Source: Haplodiscus bocki
Taxonomy: Eukaryota
DNA: 64,000 nt
Assembly: GCA_965655095.1 (NCBI GenBank)
Contig: OZ296656.1
Coordinates: 39,866,001-39,930,000, forward strand
Reading direction: 5' to 3'
This document shows positions 13,250 through 26,828 of this stretch, one piece after another. The notes under the pieces were generated by a model. The model worked only from the letters and a program-made list of their open reading frames with translations, was not told where the DNA came from and did no database searches. A program made the translations under genes and the position numbers. Every line of letters begins with the position of its first letter. Within the stretch, counting starts at the first letter, position 1.

Positions 13250-16200
13250 CAAAAGCGCAAGGCAAAAACGCCTGCGATAGGGCGCCAGCAATATTGATCT
13301 GCCGGAAAACGCACGGAGGAAAGCACTAAGTAAAACGCACGAGGAAGCTACTGGGAAAGAGGGCACGCAAAAAACCACTCCAAAGAAGCGCACGGAAAAA
13401 GCTACTGAGGATGAGCCCATGGATACCTCCGTCGCGAAAGAAAGCCCGGGGAAACAGCCTCGCAAGAGATAGCACGGAAAAAGCCCCCGCAAAAAACCCC
13501 TTGTAAGTTGTCCATGCGAAACAGTTCACGGAAGGTATCCCCAAGAAAGAGTCCATGGTAAACGCACTGCGAAAAAACTTACCAAACAAGCCCCAGCAAA
13601 AGAACCCAGGGAAGTCTCATGCAAAAATATGCACGGAGGAGGCCCCGGAAAAAATGCACCAAAAAGTTACCCTCCGGATAGTGCACTGAAAACGATCCTG
13701 CGAAAAATTCAATTGAAACCGTCCATGCGAAAGATTGCAAAGGAGGTACCCCTTGGGAAAAAGCGCAAGGGAAAAATCGTGCTAAAAGGCGCACACAGAA
13801 TGGTTCTGTGGAAAACTGCACGGGAGCAACCCTAAAAAAATGCACTGAAAAAACCACTGCCAAAGAGCGCACGGAAATGTGCCCTGCAAAGAAACGCACG
13901 CAAAAAGTTCAGCGATTGAGCCCACGGATATCTCCGCTGCGAAAAACTGCACGGTAAAACACACCCCAGGAAGAGCAGAAAAAAATCTCCCCGCAAAAGA
14001 ACCCACGGTAAAACCACTTGCGAAAAAGTGCACGAAAAAAAACCCCTACGAAAGACAGCAGATAAAATGTTCCTGCGAAAGAGCGCAGGAAAAAAAACCC
14101 TCGCAAAAAAGCCTGGGAAATAACTCAGCAATAAAGCGCACGGAAAGAGGCACTGCTAAATAGCGTTCGGAAATAGCCCCAACGAAGGAGCTTATGGATA
14201 TCTGCCTTGCAGAAAAGTGCAGGATAAAAGCTCCACATGAGAGAGTGTAAAAAGACCCTACCAAACAGTGCAAGTAAAAAAATCCTGCATAGAATTGCAC
14301 AGACGAATCCCTTGCGAAAGAGCGCACAAAAAAAGCCCCCCGCAAATGCTCCCATTGAAGTCTCCCCTGCAAACAATTGCACGGAGAAAGACCCGGAAAA
14401 AATTGAACCAAAAATCCACCCCCCAGAGAGAACACTGTAAACGACCTCGCGAAAGAGTCCATGGAAACCGTCCATGCGGAAGTTTGCACGGAAGATGCAC
14501 CGGGGAATAACCCATGGGGAAAGCCCTGCAAAAGAGCGTGTCGAAAAAGCTTTGCGAAAGAAGGCGCGGAAAAGAGGCCCTGCACAAAAGCGCAAGGCAA
14601 AAACGCCTGCGAAAGGGCGCCAGCAATATTGATCTGCCGGAAAACGCACGGAGGAAAGCACTAAGTAAAACGCACGAGGAAGCTACTGGGAAAGAGGGCA
14701 CGCGGAAAACCACTCCAAAGAAGCGCACGGAAAAAGCTCCTGAGGATGAGCCCATGGATACCTCCGTTGCGAAAGTAAGCCCGGGGAAACAGCCTCGCAA
14801 GAGATAGCACGGAAAAAGCCCCCGCAAAAAACCCCTTGTAAGTTGTCCATGCGAAACAGTTCACGGAAGGTATCCCCAAGAAAGAGTCCATGGTAAACGC
14901 ACTGCGAAAAAACGTACCAAACAAGCCCCAGCAAAAGAACCCAGGGAAGTCTCATGCAAAAATATGCACGCAGGAGGCCCCGGAAAAAATGCACCAAAAA
15001 GTTACCCTCCGGAGAGTGCACTGAAAACGATCCCGCAAAAAATTCGATTGAAACCGTCCATGCGAAAGATTGCAAAGGAGGTACCCCTTGGGAAAAAGCG
15101 CAAGGAAAAAAATCGTGCTAAAGGGCGCACACAGAATGGTTCTGTGGAAAACTGCACGGGAGCAACCCTAAAAAAATGCACTGAAAAAACAACTGCCAAA
15201 GAGGGCACGGAAATGTGCCCTGCAAACAAAAGCACGCAAAAAGTTCAAGGATTGAGCCCACGGATATCTCCGCTGCGAAAAACTGCACGGTAAAACACAC
15301 CCCAGGAAGAGCAGAAAAAAATCTCCCCGCAAAAGAACCCACGGTAAAACCACTTGCGAAAAAGTGCACGAAAAAAAACCCCTACGAAAGACAGCAGATA
15401 AAATGTTCCTGCGAAAGAGCGCAGGAAAAAAAACCCTCGCAAAAAAGTCTGGGAAATAACTCAGCAATAAAGCGCACGGAAAGAGGCACTGCTAAATAGC
15501 GTTCGGAAATAGCCCCAACGAAGGAGCTTATGGATATCTGCCTTGCAGAAAAGTGCAGGATAAAAGCTCCACATGAGAGAGTGTAAAAAGACCCTACCAA
15601 ACAGTGCAAGTAAAAAAATCCTGCATAGAATTGCACAGACAAATCCCTTGCGAAAGAGCGCACAAAAAAAGCCCCCCGCAAATGCTCCCATTGAAGTCTC
15701 CCCTGCAAATAATTGCACGGAGAAAGACCTGGAAAAAATTGAACCAAAAATCCACCCCCCAGAGAGAACACTGTAAACGACCTCGCGAAAGAGTCCATGG
15801 AAACCGTCCATGCGGAAGTTTGCACGGAAGATGCACCGGGGAATAACCCATGGGGAATGCCCTGCAAAAGAGCGTGCCGAAAAAGCTTTGCGAAAGAAGG
15901 CGCGGAAAAGAGGCCCTGCACAAAAGCGCAATGCAAAAACGCCTGCGAAAGGGCGCCAGCAATATTGATCTGCCGGAAAACGCACGGAGGAAAGCACTAA
16001 GTAAAACGCACGAGGAAGCTACTGGGAAAGAGGGCACGCAAAAAACCACTCCAAAGAAGCGCACGGAAAAAGCTACTGAGGATGAGCCCATGGATACCTC
16101 CGTCGCGAAAGAAAGCCCGGGGAAACAGCCTCGCAAGAGATAGCACGGAAAAAGCCCCCGCAAAAAACCCCTTGTAAGTTGTCCATGCGAAACAGTTCAC

Positions 16201-17500
16201 GGAAGGTATCCCCAAGAAAGAGTCCATGGTAAACGCACTGCGAAAAAACGTACCAAACAAGCCCCAGCAAAAGAACCCAGGGAAGTCTCATGCAAAAATA
16301 TGCACGCAGGAGGCCCCGGAAAAAATGCACCAAAAAGTTACCCTCCGGAGAGTGCACTGAAAACGATCCCGCAAAAAATTCGATTGAAACCGTCCATGCG
16401 AAAGATTGCAAAGGAGGTACCCCTTGGGAAAAAGCGCAAGGAAAAAAATCGTGCTAAAGGGCGCACACAGAATGGTTCTGTGGAAAACTGCACGGGAGCA
16501 ACCCTAAAAAAATGCACTGAAAAAACAACTGCCAAAGAGGGCACGGAAATGTGCCCTGCAAACAAAAGCACGCAAAAAGTTCAAGGATTGAGCCCACGGA
16601 TATCTCCGCTGCGAAAAACTGCACGGTAAAACACACCCCAGGAAGAGCAGAAAAAAATCTCCCCGCAAAAGAACCCACGGTAAAACCACTTGCGAAAAAG
16701 TGCACGAAAAAAAACCCCTACGAAAGACAGCAGATAAAATGTTCCTGCGAAAGAGCGCAGGAAAAAAAACCCTCGCAAAAAAGTCTGGGAAATAACTCAG
16801 CAATAAAGCGCACGGAAAGAGGCACTGCTAAATAGCGTTCGGAAATAGCCCCAACGAAGGAGCTTATGGATATCTGCCTTGCAGAAAAGTGCAGGATAAA
16901 AGCTCCACATGAGAGAGTGTAAAAAGACCCTACCAAACAGTGCAAGTAAAAAAATCCTGCATAGAATTGCACAGACAAATCCCTTGCGAAAGAGCGCACA
17001 AAAAAAGCCCCCCGCAAATGCTCCCATTGAAGTCTCCCCTGCAAATAATTGCACGGAGAAAGACCTGGAAAAAATTGAACCAAAAATCCACCCCCCAGAG
17101 AGAACACTGTAAACGACCTCGCGAAAGAGTCCATGGAAACCGTCCATGCGGAAGTTTGCACGGAAGATGCACCGGGGAATAACCCATGGGGAATGCCCTG
17201 CAAAAGAGCGTGCCGAAAAAGCTTTGCGAAAGAAGGCGCGGAAAAGAGGCCCTGCACAAAAGCGCAATGCAAAAACGCCTGCGATAGGGCGCCAGCAAAA
17301 TTGATCTGCCGGAAAACGCACGGAGGAAAGCACTAAGTAAAACGCACGGGGAAGCTACTGGGAAAGAGGGCACGCGGAAAACCACTCCAAAGAAGCGCAC
17401 GGAAAAAGCTCCTGAGGATGAGCCCATGGATACCTCCGTTGCGAAAGTAAGCCCGGGGAAACAGCCTCGCAAGAGATAGCACGGAAAAAGCCCCCGCAAA
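13250..17500 (+). repeat. 1335/1336-bp HOR, ~3 copies
   Basis: ORF offsets 13629/14964/16300, 14046/15382/16718 and 14461/15797/17133. Boundaries are approximate. Confidence 0.9.
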
Positions 17501-17926
17501 AAACCCCTTGTAAGAAGTTGTCCATGCGAAACAGTTCACGGAAGATATCCCCAAGAAAGAGCCCATGGTAAACGCCCTGCGAAAAAACGTACCAAAAAAG
17601 CCCCAGCGAAGGAGCCCAGGGAAGTCTCAAATGCAACAATATGCACGGAGGAGGCCCCGGAAAAAATGCACCAAAAAGTCACCCTCAGGATTGTGCACTG
17701 AAGACGATCCTGCGAAAATTCTATTGAAACCGTCCATGCCAAAGATTGCAAAGGAGGTACCCCTTGGGAAAAAGCCCAGGGGAAAAATCGTGCTAAAGAG
17801 CGCACACAGAATGGTTCTGTAGAAAAGTGCACGGGAGCAACCCTGAAAAAACGCACTGAAAAAACCAGTGCAAAAGAACGCACGGAAATGTGCCCTGCAA
17901 AGAAACGCACGCAAAAAGTTCAGGGG

Positions 17927-20900
17927 GATGAGCCCATGGATATCTCCGCTGCGAAATACTGCACGGTAAAACACGCCCCAAGAAGAGCAGAAAAAATCCC
18001 CCCGCAAAAGAAACCCACGGTAAAACCACTTGCGAAAAAGTGCACGAAAAAAAACCCCTACGAAAGAGAGCAGATAAAATGTTCCTGCGAAAGAGCGCAG
18101 GAAAAAAACCCTCGCAAAAAAGTCTCGGAAAAAACTCAGCGTTGAAGCGCACGGAAAGAGGCACTGCTAACTAGCGTTCGGAATTAGCCCCCACGAAGGA
18201 GCTTATGGATATCTCCCTTGCAGAAAAGTGCAGGATAAAAGCTCCACATGAGAAAGTGTACCGAAAAAGCCCCCGCGATGGAGCCCATAGAAATCTTCCC
18301 AGCAAAAAAGCGCACGGAGAAAGCCCGGAAAAAATTGCACTAAAAAATATTCGGCGACAGAGGGCACTGAAAACGACCCTTCGAACAATTATTGGAAACC
18401 GTCCATGCTAAAGAGAGCACAAGAGATGCCCTGCGAAAAACCCACGGGAAAATCCCTGCAGAGGAGAGTGCGGAAGAAACTTTCTGAAAGCGGTCGTGAA
18501 AAAAAGCGCGCTGTAAAAAATTCTGCGAAAGAGCGTGCCGAAAAAGCCACTGAGAAGAAGCGCACAGAAAAAGCTCCTGGGAATGAGCCGATCGATATCT
18601 CCACTGTGAAAGACTGCCAGGGAAAACAGTCCCACGAAAAAGAGCACGGTAAAAGCTGAGCGAAAATTTCCACGGGAAAAGCACATACAAAAAAGAGCAC
18701 GAAAAGAGACCCTACCAAACAGTGCAGGTAAAAAGTTCCTGCAAAGAATTGCACAGACGAAACCCTTGCGAAAGAGCGCACAAAAAAGCCCTCGCAAATG
18801 CTCCCATTGAAGTCTCCCGTGCAAAAAATTGCACGGAGATAGACCCGCAAAAAATTGAACCAAAAATCCATCCTCGAGAGAGAGCACTGTAAACGACACC
18901 GCGAAAGAGTCCATGGAAACCGTCCATGCGGAAGTTTGCACGGAAGATGCAACGGGGAAAAACCCATGGGGAAAGCCTTGCAAAAGAAGTTCAAGCGAGA
19001 TATCCCAGTGAAGGAGCCCTCGGGAAAAGCCATGCGAAAGAGCGTACGGGAATAGTCGCGCGATTGAGGGCACACAAAAACTTGTGCAGCAAAACACACG
19101 GAAAAAACCCTTGCAAAAGGACGCACGGAAAAAAACCCCTGCGAAAGAGTGCATGCAAAATACCCAAAAAAGCACTGCAAAGAATCGCACGGAAAAAGCT
19201 CACGGGGATGAGCCCACGGACATTTTCGCTGCGAAAGACTGCACGGTAAAACACTCCCTCGAAAAAGGAAAGAATCCCCCCGCAAAAAAAACCCACGGAA
19301 AAACCACTTGCCAAAAAGTGCACGAAAAATTCCCCTGCAAAAGAGAGCAGATAAATGGTTCCTGCGAAAGAGCGCGCGGAAGAATTCCTCGTAACAGAGC
19401 GCTCGAAAAAAGCTCAGTGCAAAAGCGCACGAAAAAAGGCACTGCGAAAAAGCGTTAGGAAATAGCCCCCACGAGGGAGCTTATGGAACTCTTCCCTGCA
19501 AAAAAGTGCAAAGTAAAAGGGCCCCGTGAGAGAAGCTACCGAAAAGGCCACCGCGATGGAGCGCATTGAACTCCTCCCCGATAGAAAATGCACGCAGAAA
19601 GCCCCGGAAAAAAGTGCACCAGAAAGTCTCCGACGAGAGAGCGCACTGAAAACGACCCTTCGAAAAAGTAGATTGAAACCGTCCATGCGAAAGAATGCAC
19701 GGTGGAAATCCCTGGGAAAAAGCCCAAAGGAAAGATTGTGCTAGAGAGCGCACACAGAATGGTTCTGTGGAAAAGTGCACGGAAACAACCCTAAAAAAAC
19801 GCACTGAAAAACCACTGCGAAAGAGCGCACGGAAATGGCCCCTGCAAAAAAACGCACGCGAAAAGTTCACGGGGATGAACCCATGGATATCTCCGCTGCG
19901 AAAGACTGCACGGTAAAACACGCCCCCAAGAAGACCAGAAAAAAATCCCCCCGCAAAAAAAACCCACGGTAAAGCCATTTGCAAAAAAGTGCATGAAAAA
20001 AACCCCTACGGAAGAGAGCAGATAAATTGTTCCTGCGAAAGAGCGCAAGAAAAGAAACCCTCCCAAAAAAGTCTCGGAAAAAGCCCAGCGATAAAGCGCA
20101 CGGAAAGAGGCACTGCTAATTAGCGTTCGGAATTAGCCCCCACGAAGGAGCTTATGGATATCTCCCTTGCAGAAAAGTGCAGGATAAAAGCTCCACATGA
20201 GAGAGTGTGCCGAAAAAGCCCCCGCGATGGAGCCCATAGAAATCTTCCCAGCAAAAAAGCGCACGGAGAATGCCCCAGAAAAAGTTGCACTAAAAATTTT
20301 CCGGTGACAGAGGGCACTGAAAACGACCCTCTGAAAACTTATTGGAAACCGTCCATGCGAAGGAGAGCACAAGAGATGCCCCTGCGAAAAGCCCACCGGA
20401 AGAACCCTGCGAGGGAGAGTGCGGAAGAAGCTTTCTGAAAGCGGTCGTGAAAAAAACCCCTGCAAAAGAGCACGCTGCAAAAACTTCTGCGAAAGAGCGT
20501 GCCTAAAAAGCCACTGCGAAGAACGCACTGTAAAAGCTCCTGGGTATGAGCCGATCGATATCTCCACTGCGAAAGAGTGCCAGGGAAAACAACCCCACGA
20601 AAGAGAGCACGGTAAAAGCTGCGCGAAGAAGTCCATGGGAAAAGCACATACAAAGAAGAGAACGAAAAAAGACCCTACCAAACAGTGCAGGTAAAAAGTT
20701 CCTGCAGAGAATCGCAAAGACGAAACCCTTGCGAAAGAGCGCACAAAAAAGCCCTCGCAAATGCTCCCATTGAAGTCTCCCGTGGAAAAAATTGCACGGA
20801 GATAGACCCGGAAAAAATTGAACCAAAAATCCACCTTCGAGAGAGAGCACTGTAAACGACACCGCGAAAGAGTCCATGGAAACCGTCCGTGCGGAAGTTT

Positions 20901-21835
20901 GCACGGAAGATGCACCGGGGAAAAACCCATGGGGAAAGCCTTGCAAAAGAAGTTCAAGCGAGATATCCCAGTGAAGGAGCCCACGGGAAAAGCCATGCGA
21001 AAGAGCGTACGGGAATAGTCGCGCGATTGAGGGCACACAAAAACTTGTGCAGCAAAACACACGGAAAAAAGCCGTGCAAAAGGCGCACGGAAAAAAACCC
21101 CTGCGAAAGAGTGCATGCAAAAAACCCAAAAAACCACTGCAAAGAATCGCACGGAAAAAGCTCACGGGGATGAGCCCACGGACATCTCCGCTGCGAAAGA
21201 CTGCACGGTAAAACACTCCCTCGAAAAAGGAAAGAATCCCCCCGCAAAAAAACCCACGGAAAAAGCACTTGCGAAAAAGTGCACGAAAATTTCCCCTGCA
21301 AAAGAGAGCAGATAAATGGTTCCTGCGAAAGAGCGCGCGGAAGATTTCCTCGTAACAATGCGCTCGAAAAAAGCTCAGCGCAATAACGCAGGAAAAAAAG
21401 CACTGCGAAAAAGCGTTGGGAAATAGTCCCCACGAAGGAGCTTATGGAACTCTCCCTTGAAGAAAAATGCAGAGTGAAATTGCCCCCTGAGACAACCTAC
21501 TGAAAAGGCCACAGAGATGGAGCTCATTGAACTGTTTCCTGACAAAAAAGGCACGGAGGAAGCCCAGGAAAAAAGTGCACCAAAAAATCTCCAATGAGGG
21601 AGCGCACTGAAAACGACCCTGCGAAAAAGTAGATTGAAACCGTCCATGCGAAGGAAAGCAAGGTGGAAATCCCTGGGGAAAGGCCCAAAGGAAAGATCGT
21701 GCTAAAGAGCGCACACAGAATGGTTCTGTGGAAAAGTGCACGGAAGCAACCTTAAAAAAACGCACTGAAAAGACCACTCCGAAGGATTGCACGTAAATGG
21801 CCCCTGCAAAAAAACGCACGCGAAGAGTTCACGGG
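17927..21835 (+). repeat. ~1.95-1.96-kb unit (modules PB+Q), 2 diverged copies
   Basis: Hub motif at 17927, 19207, 19874, 21169 and 21836. ORF offset 18855/20818 is 1963. Confidence 0.8.
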
Positions 21836-24800
21836 GATGAGACCATGGATATATCCGCTGCGAAAGAGTACACGGGAAAACAGCGCCAGGAATTAGAGCC
21901 CGGAAATAGACGCCGCGAAAAAACCCGTGTAACTTGTCGATGCCTAAGAAATCACGGAAGATGTCTCCGAGAAAGATTGCACGGTAAAAGCTTTGCGAAA
22001 GAGGATGCCGAGGAAGCTTCGCAAAAGAAGGCGCGGAAAGAAGGCCCTGCACAATGGCACACGGCAAAAAAGCCCGGCGATAGAGCTCACTGAAAAAGCC
22101 ACTGCCAAGAGACACACGGACAATGCACCGCGAAAGCGTCCATGGAAATCATCCATGCTAACGAGTGCACAGAATATGCCGCCGGGAAAGGCCCTGTGAA
22201 AAGACGTACCGAAAAAATGTCACAAAAAAGCCCACGGAAAGATCACTTGGAAAAAAGGTAACAAAAAAGAGCAAGAGCGAGCCCATGCGAAAGGGCTCAC
22301 GAAAAAACCTATGCGGAAAAACGCAGGGAAAATGTCCCGGCAGAAAAGCGCACGGAAGAAGCGCAAGCGAAAGAGCGCACGCAGAAAATCACTGCAAAGC
22401 AGCGTACGGAAAATCAAGCGCTGCTGAGCCCATGGAAATCTATGCTGCAAGGGTGTGCGCGGGATAACAGCCCGGAGAAACAGAGCACGGAGAAAGGCGT
22501 GCGAACTATCCCATGGTAATCTCCCCTGCCAAAGAGAGCACGGAAAAAACCACTGCAAGGAAGCGCAGGGAAAAAGCTCACGGGATGAGCCCATGGATAT
22601 CTCCGCTGCGAAAGACTGCACGGTAAAACACTCCCTCGAAAAAGGAAAGAATCCCTTCCGCAAAAAAAACCCACGGAAAAAGCACTTGCGAAAAAGTGCA
22701 AGAAAAATTCCCCTGCAAAAGGGAGAAGATAAAAGGTTCCTGCAAAAGAGCGCGCGGAAGAATCCCTCGTAACAGAGCGCTCGAAAAAAGCTCAGCGCAA
22801 AAGCGCACGAAAAAAGGCACTGCGAAAAAGCGTTGGGAAATAGTCCCCACGAAGGAGCTTATGCAACTCTCCCTTGCAAAAAAGGGCAACGTAAAAGGGC
22901 CCCGTGAGAGAAGCTACCGAAAAGGCCACCGCGATGGAGCCCATTGAACACTTCCTCGACAAAAAATGCACGCGGGAAGCCCGGAAAAAAAGTGCACCAA
23001 AAGTCTCCGACGAGAGAGCGCACTGAGAACGACCCTGCGAAAAAGTAGGTTGAAACCGTCCATGCGAAAGAATGCACGGTAGAAATCCCTGGGAAAATGC
23101 CCAAAGGAAAGATCGTGCTAAAGGGCGCACACAGAATGGATCTGTGGGAAAGTGCACGGAAGCAACCCTTAAAAAAACGCACTGAAAAAACCACTGCGAA
23201 AGAGCGCACGGAAATGGCCCCTGCAAAAAAACGCACGCGAAAAGTTCGCGGGGATGAGACCATGGATGTATCCGCCGCGAAAGAGTACACGGGAAAACAT
23301 AGCCATGAATTAGAGCACGGAAATAGACGCCGCGAAGAAACCCGTGTAACTCGTCGAAGCCTAAGAAATCACGGAAGGTGTCTCCGGGAAAGATTGCACG
23401 GTAAAAGCCTTGCGAAAGAGGATGCCGAGGAAGTTTCGCAAAAGAGGGCGCGGATAAAAGGCCCTCCACAATGGCACACGGCAAAAAAGCCCAGCGATTG
23501 AGCTCACCGAAAAAGCCACAGCCAAGGGACACACGGACAATGCACCGCGAAAGCGTCCATGGAAATCATCCATGCTAACGAGTGCACAGAATATGCCGCC
23601 GGGTAAGGCCATGTGAAAAGACGTACCAAAAAAACGTCACAAAAAAGCCCACGGAAAAATCACCTGGAAAAAAGGTAACAAAAAAGAGCAAGAGCGAGCC
23701 CATGCGAAAAGGCTCACGGAAAAGCCTATGCGGAAAAACGCAGGGAAAATGTCCCGGCAGAAAATCGCACGGAAGAAGCGCAAGCGAAAGAGCGCACGCA
23801 GAAAATCACTGCAAAGCAGCGTACGGAAAATCAAGCGCTGCTGAGCCCATGGAAATCTATGCTGCAAGGGTGTGCGCGGGATAAAAGCCCGGAGAAACAG
23901 AGCACGGAGAAAGGCGTGCGAACTATCACATGGTAATCTCCCCTGCCAAAGAGAGCACGGAAAAAACCACTGCAAGGAAGCGCAGGGAAAAAGCTCAAGG
24001 GGATGAGCCCATGGATATCTCCGCTGCGAAAGACTGCACGGTAAAACACTCCCTCGGAAAAGGAAAGAATCCCCCCGCAAAAATAACCCACGGAAAAAGC
24101 ACTTGCGAAAAAGTGCAAGAAAAATTCCACTGCAAAAGGGAGAAGATAAAAGGTTCCTGCGAAAGAGCGCGCGGAAGAATCCCTCGTAACAGAGCGCTCG
24201 AAAAAAGCTCAGCGCAAAAGCGCACGAAAAAAGGCACTGCGAAAAAGCGTTGGTTAAATAGTCCCCACGAAGGAGCTTATGGAAATCTCCCTTGCAAAAA
24301 AGGGCAAGGTAAAACGGCCCCGTGAGAAAAGCTACCGAAAAGGCCACCGCGATGGAGCCCATTGAACTCTTCCTTGACAAAAGATGCACGCGGGAAGCCC
24401 GGAAAAAAAGTGCACAAAAAAGTATCCGACGAGAGAGCGCACTGAGAACGACCCTGCGAAAAAATAGATTGAAACCGTCCATGCGAAAGAATGCACGGTA
24501 GAAATCACTAGGAAAAGGCCCAAGGGAAAGATCGTGCTAAAGAGCGCACACAGAATGGATCTGTGGGAAAGTGCACGGAAGCAACCCTAAAAAAACGCAC
24601 TGAAAAAACCACTGCGAAAGAGCGCACGGAAATGGCCCCTGCAAAAAAACGCACGCGAAAAGTTCACGGGGATGAGACCATGGATGTATCCGCCGCGAAA
24701 GAGTACACGGGAAAACATAGCCATGAATTAGAGCACGGAAATAGACGCCGCGAAGAAACCCGTGTAACTCGTCGAAGCCTAAGAAATCACGGAAGGTGTC

Positions 24801-26828
24801 TCCGGGAAAGATTGCACGGTAAAAGCCTTGCGAAAGAGGATGCCGAGGAAGTTTCGCAAAAGAGGGCGCGGATAAAAGGCCCTCCACAATGGCACACGGC
24901 AAAAAAGCCCAGCGATTGAGCTCACCGAAAAAGCCACAGCCAAGGGACACACGGACAATGCACCGCGAAAGCGTCCATGGAAATCATCCATGCTAACGAG
25001 TGCACAGAATATGCCGCCGGGTAAGGCCCTGTGAAAAGACGTACCAAAAAAACGTCACAAAAAAGCCCACGGAAAAATCACCTGGAAAAAAGGTAACAAA
25101 AAAGAGCAAGAGCGAGCCCATGCGAAAAGGCTCACGGAAAAGCCTATGCGGAAAAACGCAGGGAAAATGTCCCGGCAGAAAAGCGCACGGAAGAAGCGCA
25201 AGCGAAAGAGCGCACGCAGAAAATCACTGCAAAGCAGCGTACGGAAAATCAAGCGCTGCTGAGCCCATGGAAATCTATGCTGCAAGGGTGTGCGCGGGAT
25301 AAAAGCCCGGAGAAACAGAGCACGGAGAAAGGCGTGCGAACTATCACATGGTAATCTCCCCTGCCAAAGAGAGCACGGAAAAAATCACTGCAAGGAAGCG
25401 CAGGGAAAAAAATCACGGGGATGAGCCCATGGATATCTCCGCTGCAAAAGACTGCACTGTAAAACACTCCCTCGAAAAAGGAAAGAATCCCCCCGCAAAA
25501 AAACCCACGGAAAAAGCACTTGCGAAAAAGTGAAAGAAAAATTCCCCTGCAAAGGGAGCAGATAAAAGGTTCCTGCGAAAGAGCGCGCGGAAGAATCCCT
25601 CGTAACAGAGCGCTCGAAAAAAGCTCAGCGCAAAAGCGCACGAAAAAAGGCACTGCGAAAAAGCGTTGGGAAATAGTCCCCACGAAGGAGCTTATGGAAC
25701 TCTCCCTTGCAAAAAAGGGCAAGGTAAAAGGGCCCCGTGAGAAAAGCTACCAAAAAGGCCACCGCGATGGAGCCCATTGAACTCTTCCTTCACAAAAAAT
25801 GCACGCGGGAAGCCCGGAAAAAAAGTGCACCAAAAAGTCTCCGACGAGAGAGCGCACTGAGAACGACCCTGCGAAAAATTAGATTGAAACCGTCCATGCG
25901 AAAGATGGCACGGTAGAAATCCCTGGGAAGATGCCCAAAGGAAAGATCGTGCTAAAGAGCGCACACAGAATGGATCTGTGGGAAAGTGCACGGAAGCAAC
26001 CCTAAAAAAACGCACTGAAAAAAACCATTGCGAAAGAGCGCACGGAAATGGCCCCTGCAAAAAAACGCACGCGGAAAGTTCACGGGGATGAGACCATGGA
26101 TGTATCCGCCGCGAAAGCGTACACGGGAAAATATTGCCATGAATTAGAGCACGGAAATAGACGCCGCGAAAAAACCCGTGTAAGTCGTCGAAGACTACGA
26201 AATCACGGAAGATGTCTCCGGGAAAAATTGCACGGTAAAAGCCTTGCGAAAGAGGATGCCGAGGAAGTTTCGCAAAAGAGGGCGCGGATAAAAGGCCCTC
26301 CACAATGGCACACGGCAAAAAAGCCCAGCGATAGAGTTCACCGAAAAAGCCACAGCCAAGGGACACACGGACAATGCACCGCGAAAGCGTCCATGGAAAT
26401 CATCCATGCTAATGAGTGCACAGAATATGCCCCCGGGGAAAACCCTGTGAAGAGACGTACCCAAAAAACTTCACAAAAAAGCCCACGGAAAAGTCATCTG
26501 GAAAAAAGTCACAAAAAAGAGCGAGCCCATGCGAAAGAGCTCACGGAAAAGCCTATGCGGAAAAACACACGGAAAATGTCTCGGCAGAAAAGCGCACGGA
26601 AGAAGCGCAAGCGAAAGAGTGCACGCAGAAAATCATTGCAAAGCAGCGTACGGAAAAACAAGCGCTGGTGAGCCCATGGAAATCTATGCTGCAAGAGTGT
26701 GCGCGGGATAAAAACCCTGAGAAAGAGAGCACGGAGAAAGGCGTGCGAACTATCCCATGGTAATATCCCCTGCCAAAGAGAGCACGGAAAAAACCACTGC
26801 AAAGAAGCGCAGGGAAAAAGCTCACGGG
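21169..26828 (+). repeat. ~1417-bp HOR (modules Q ~668 bp + R ~748 bp), 4 copies
   Basis: MHRIC ORFs at 22165, 23582, 25000 and 26416 (offsets 1417, 1418, 1416). Hub spacings alternate 667-669 and 742-749. Confidence 0.9.

Larger units (their letters stand above)
1..18986 (+). repeat. Left HOR domain: ~1.79-kb unit and its deletion/duplication derivatives
   Basis: The marker ORF METV(H/R)AEVC starts at 652, 1767, 3567, 5138, 6260, 8210, 9545, 11336, 13126, 14461, 15797 and 17133. Spacings are 1115, 1800, 1571, 1122, 1950, 1335, 1791, 1790, 1335, 1336 and 1336. Confidence 0.9.

Noticed and set aside
22130-22137. GCGAAAGC, a known extra-stable mini-hairpin, in R cassettes
   Set aside because: It is an 8-mer one small change away from the monomer consensus. 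Its recurrence is explained by HOR copying.
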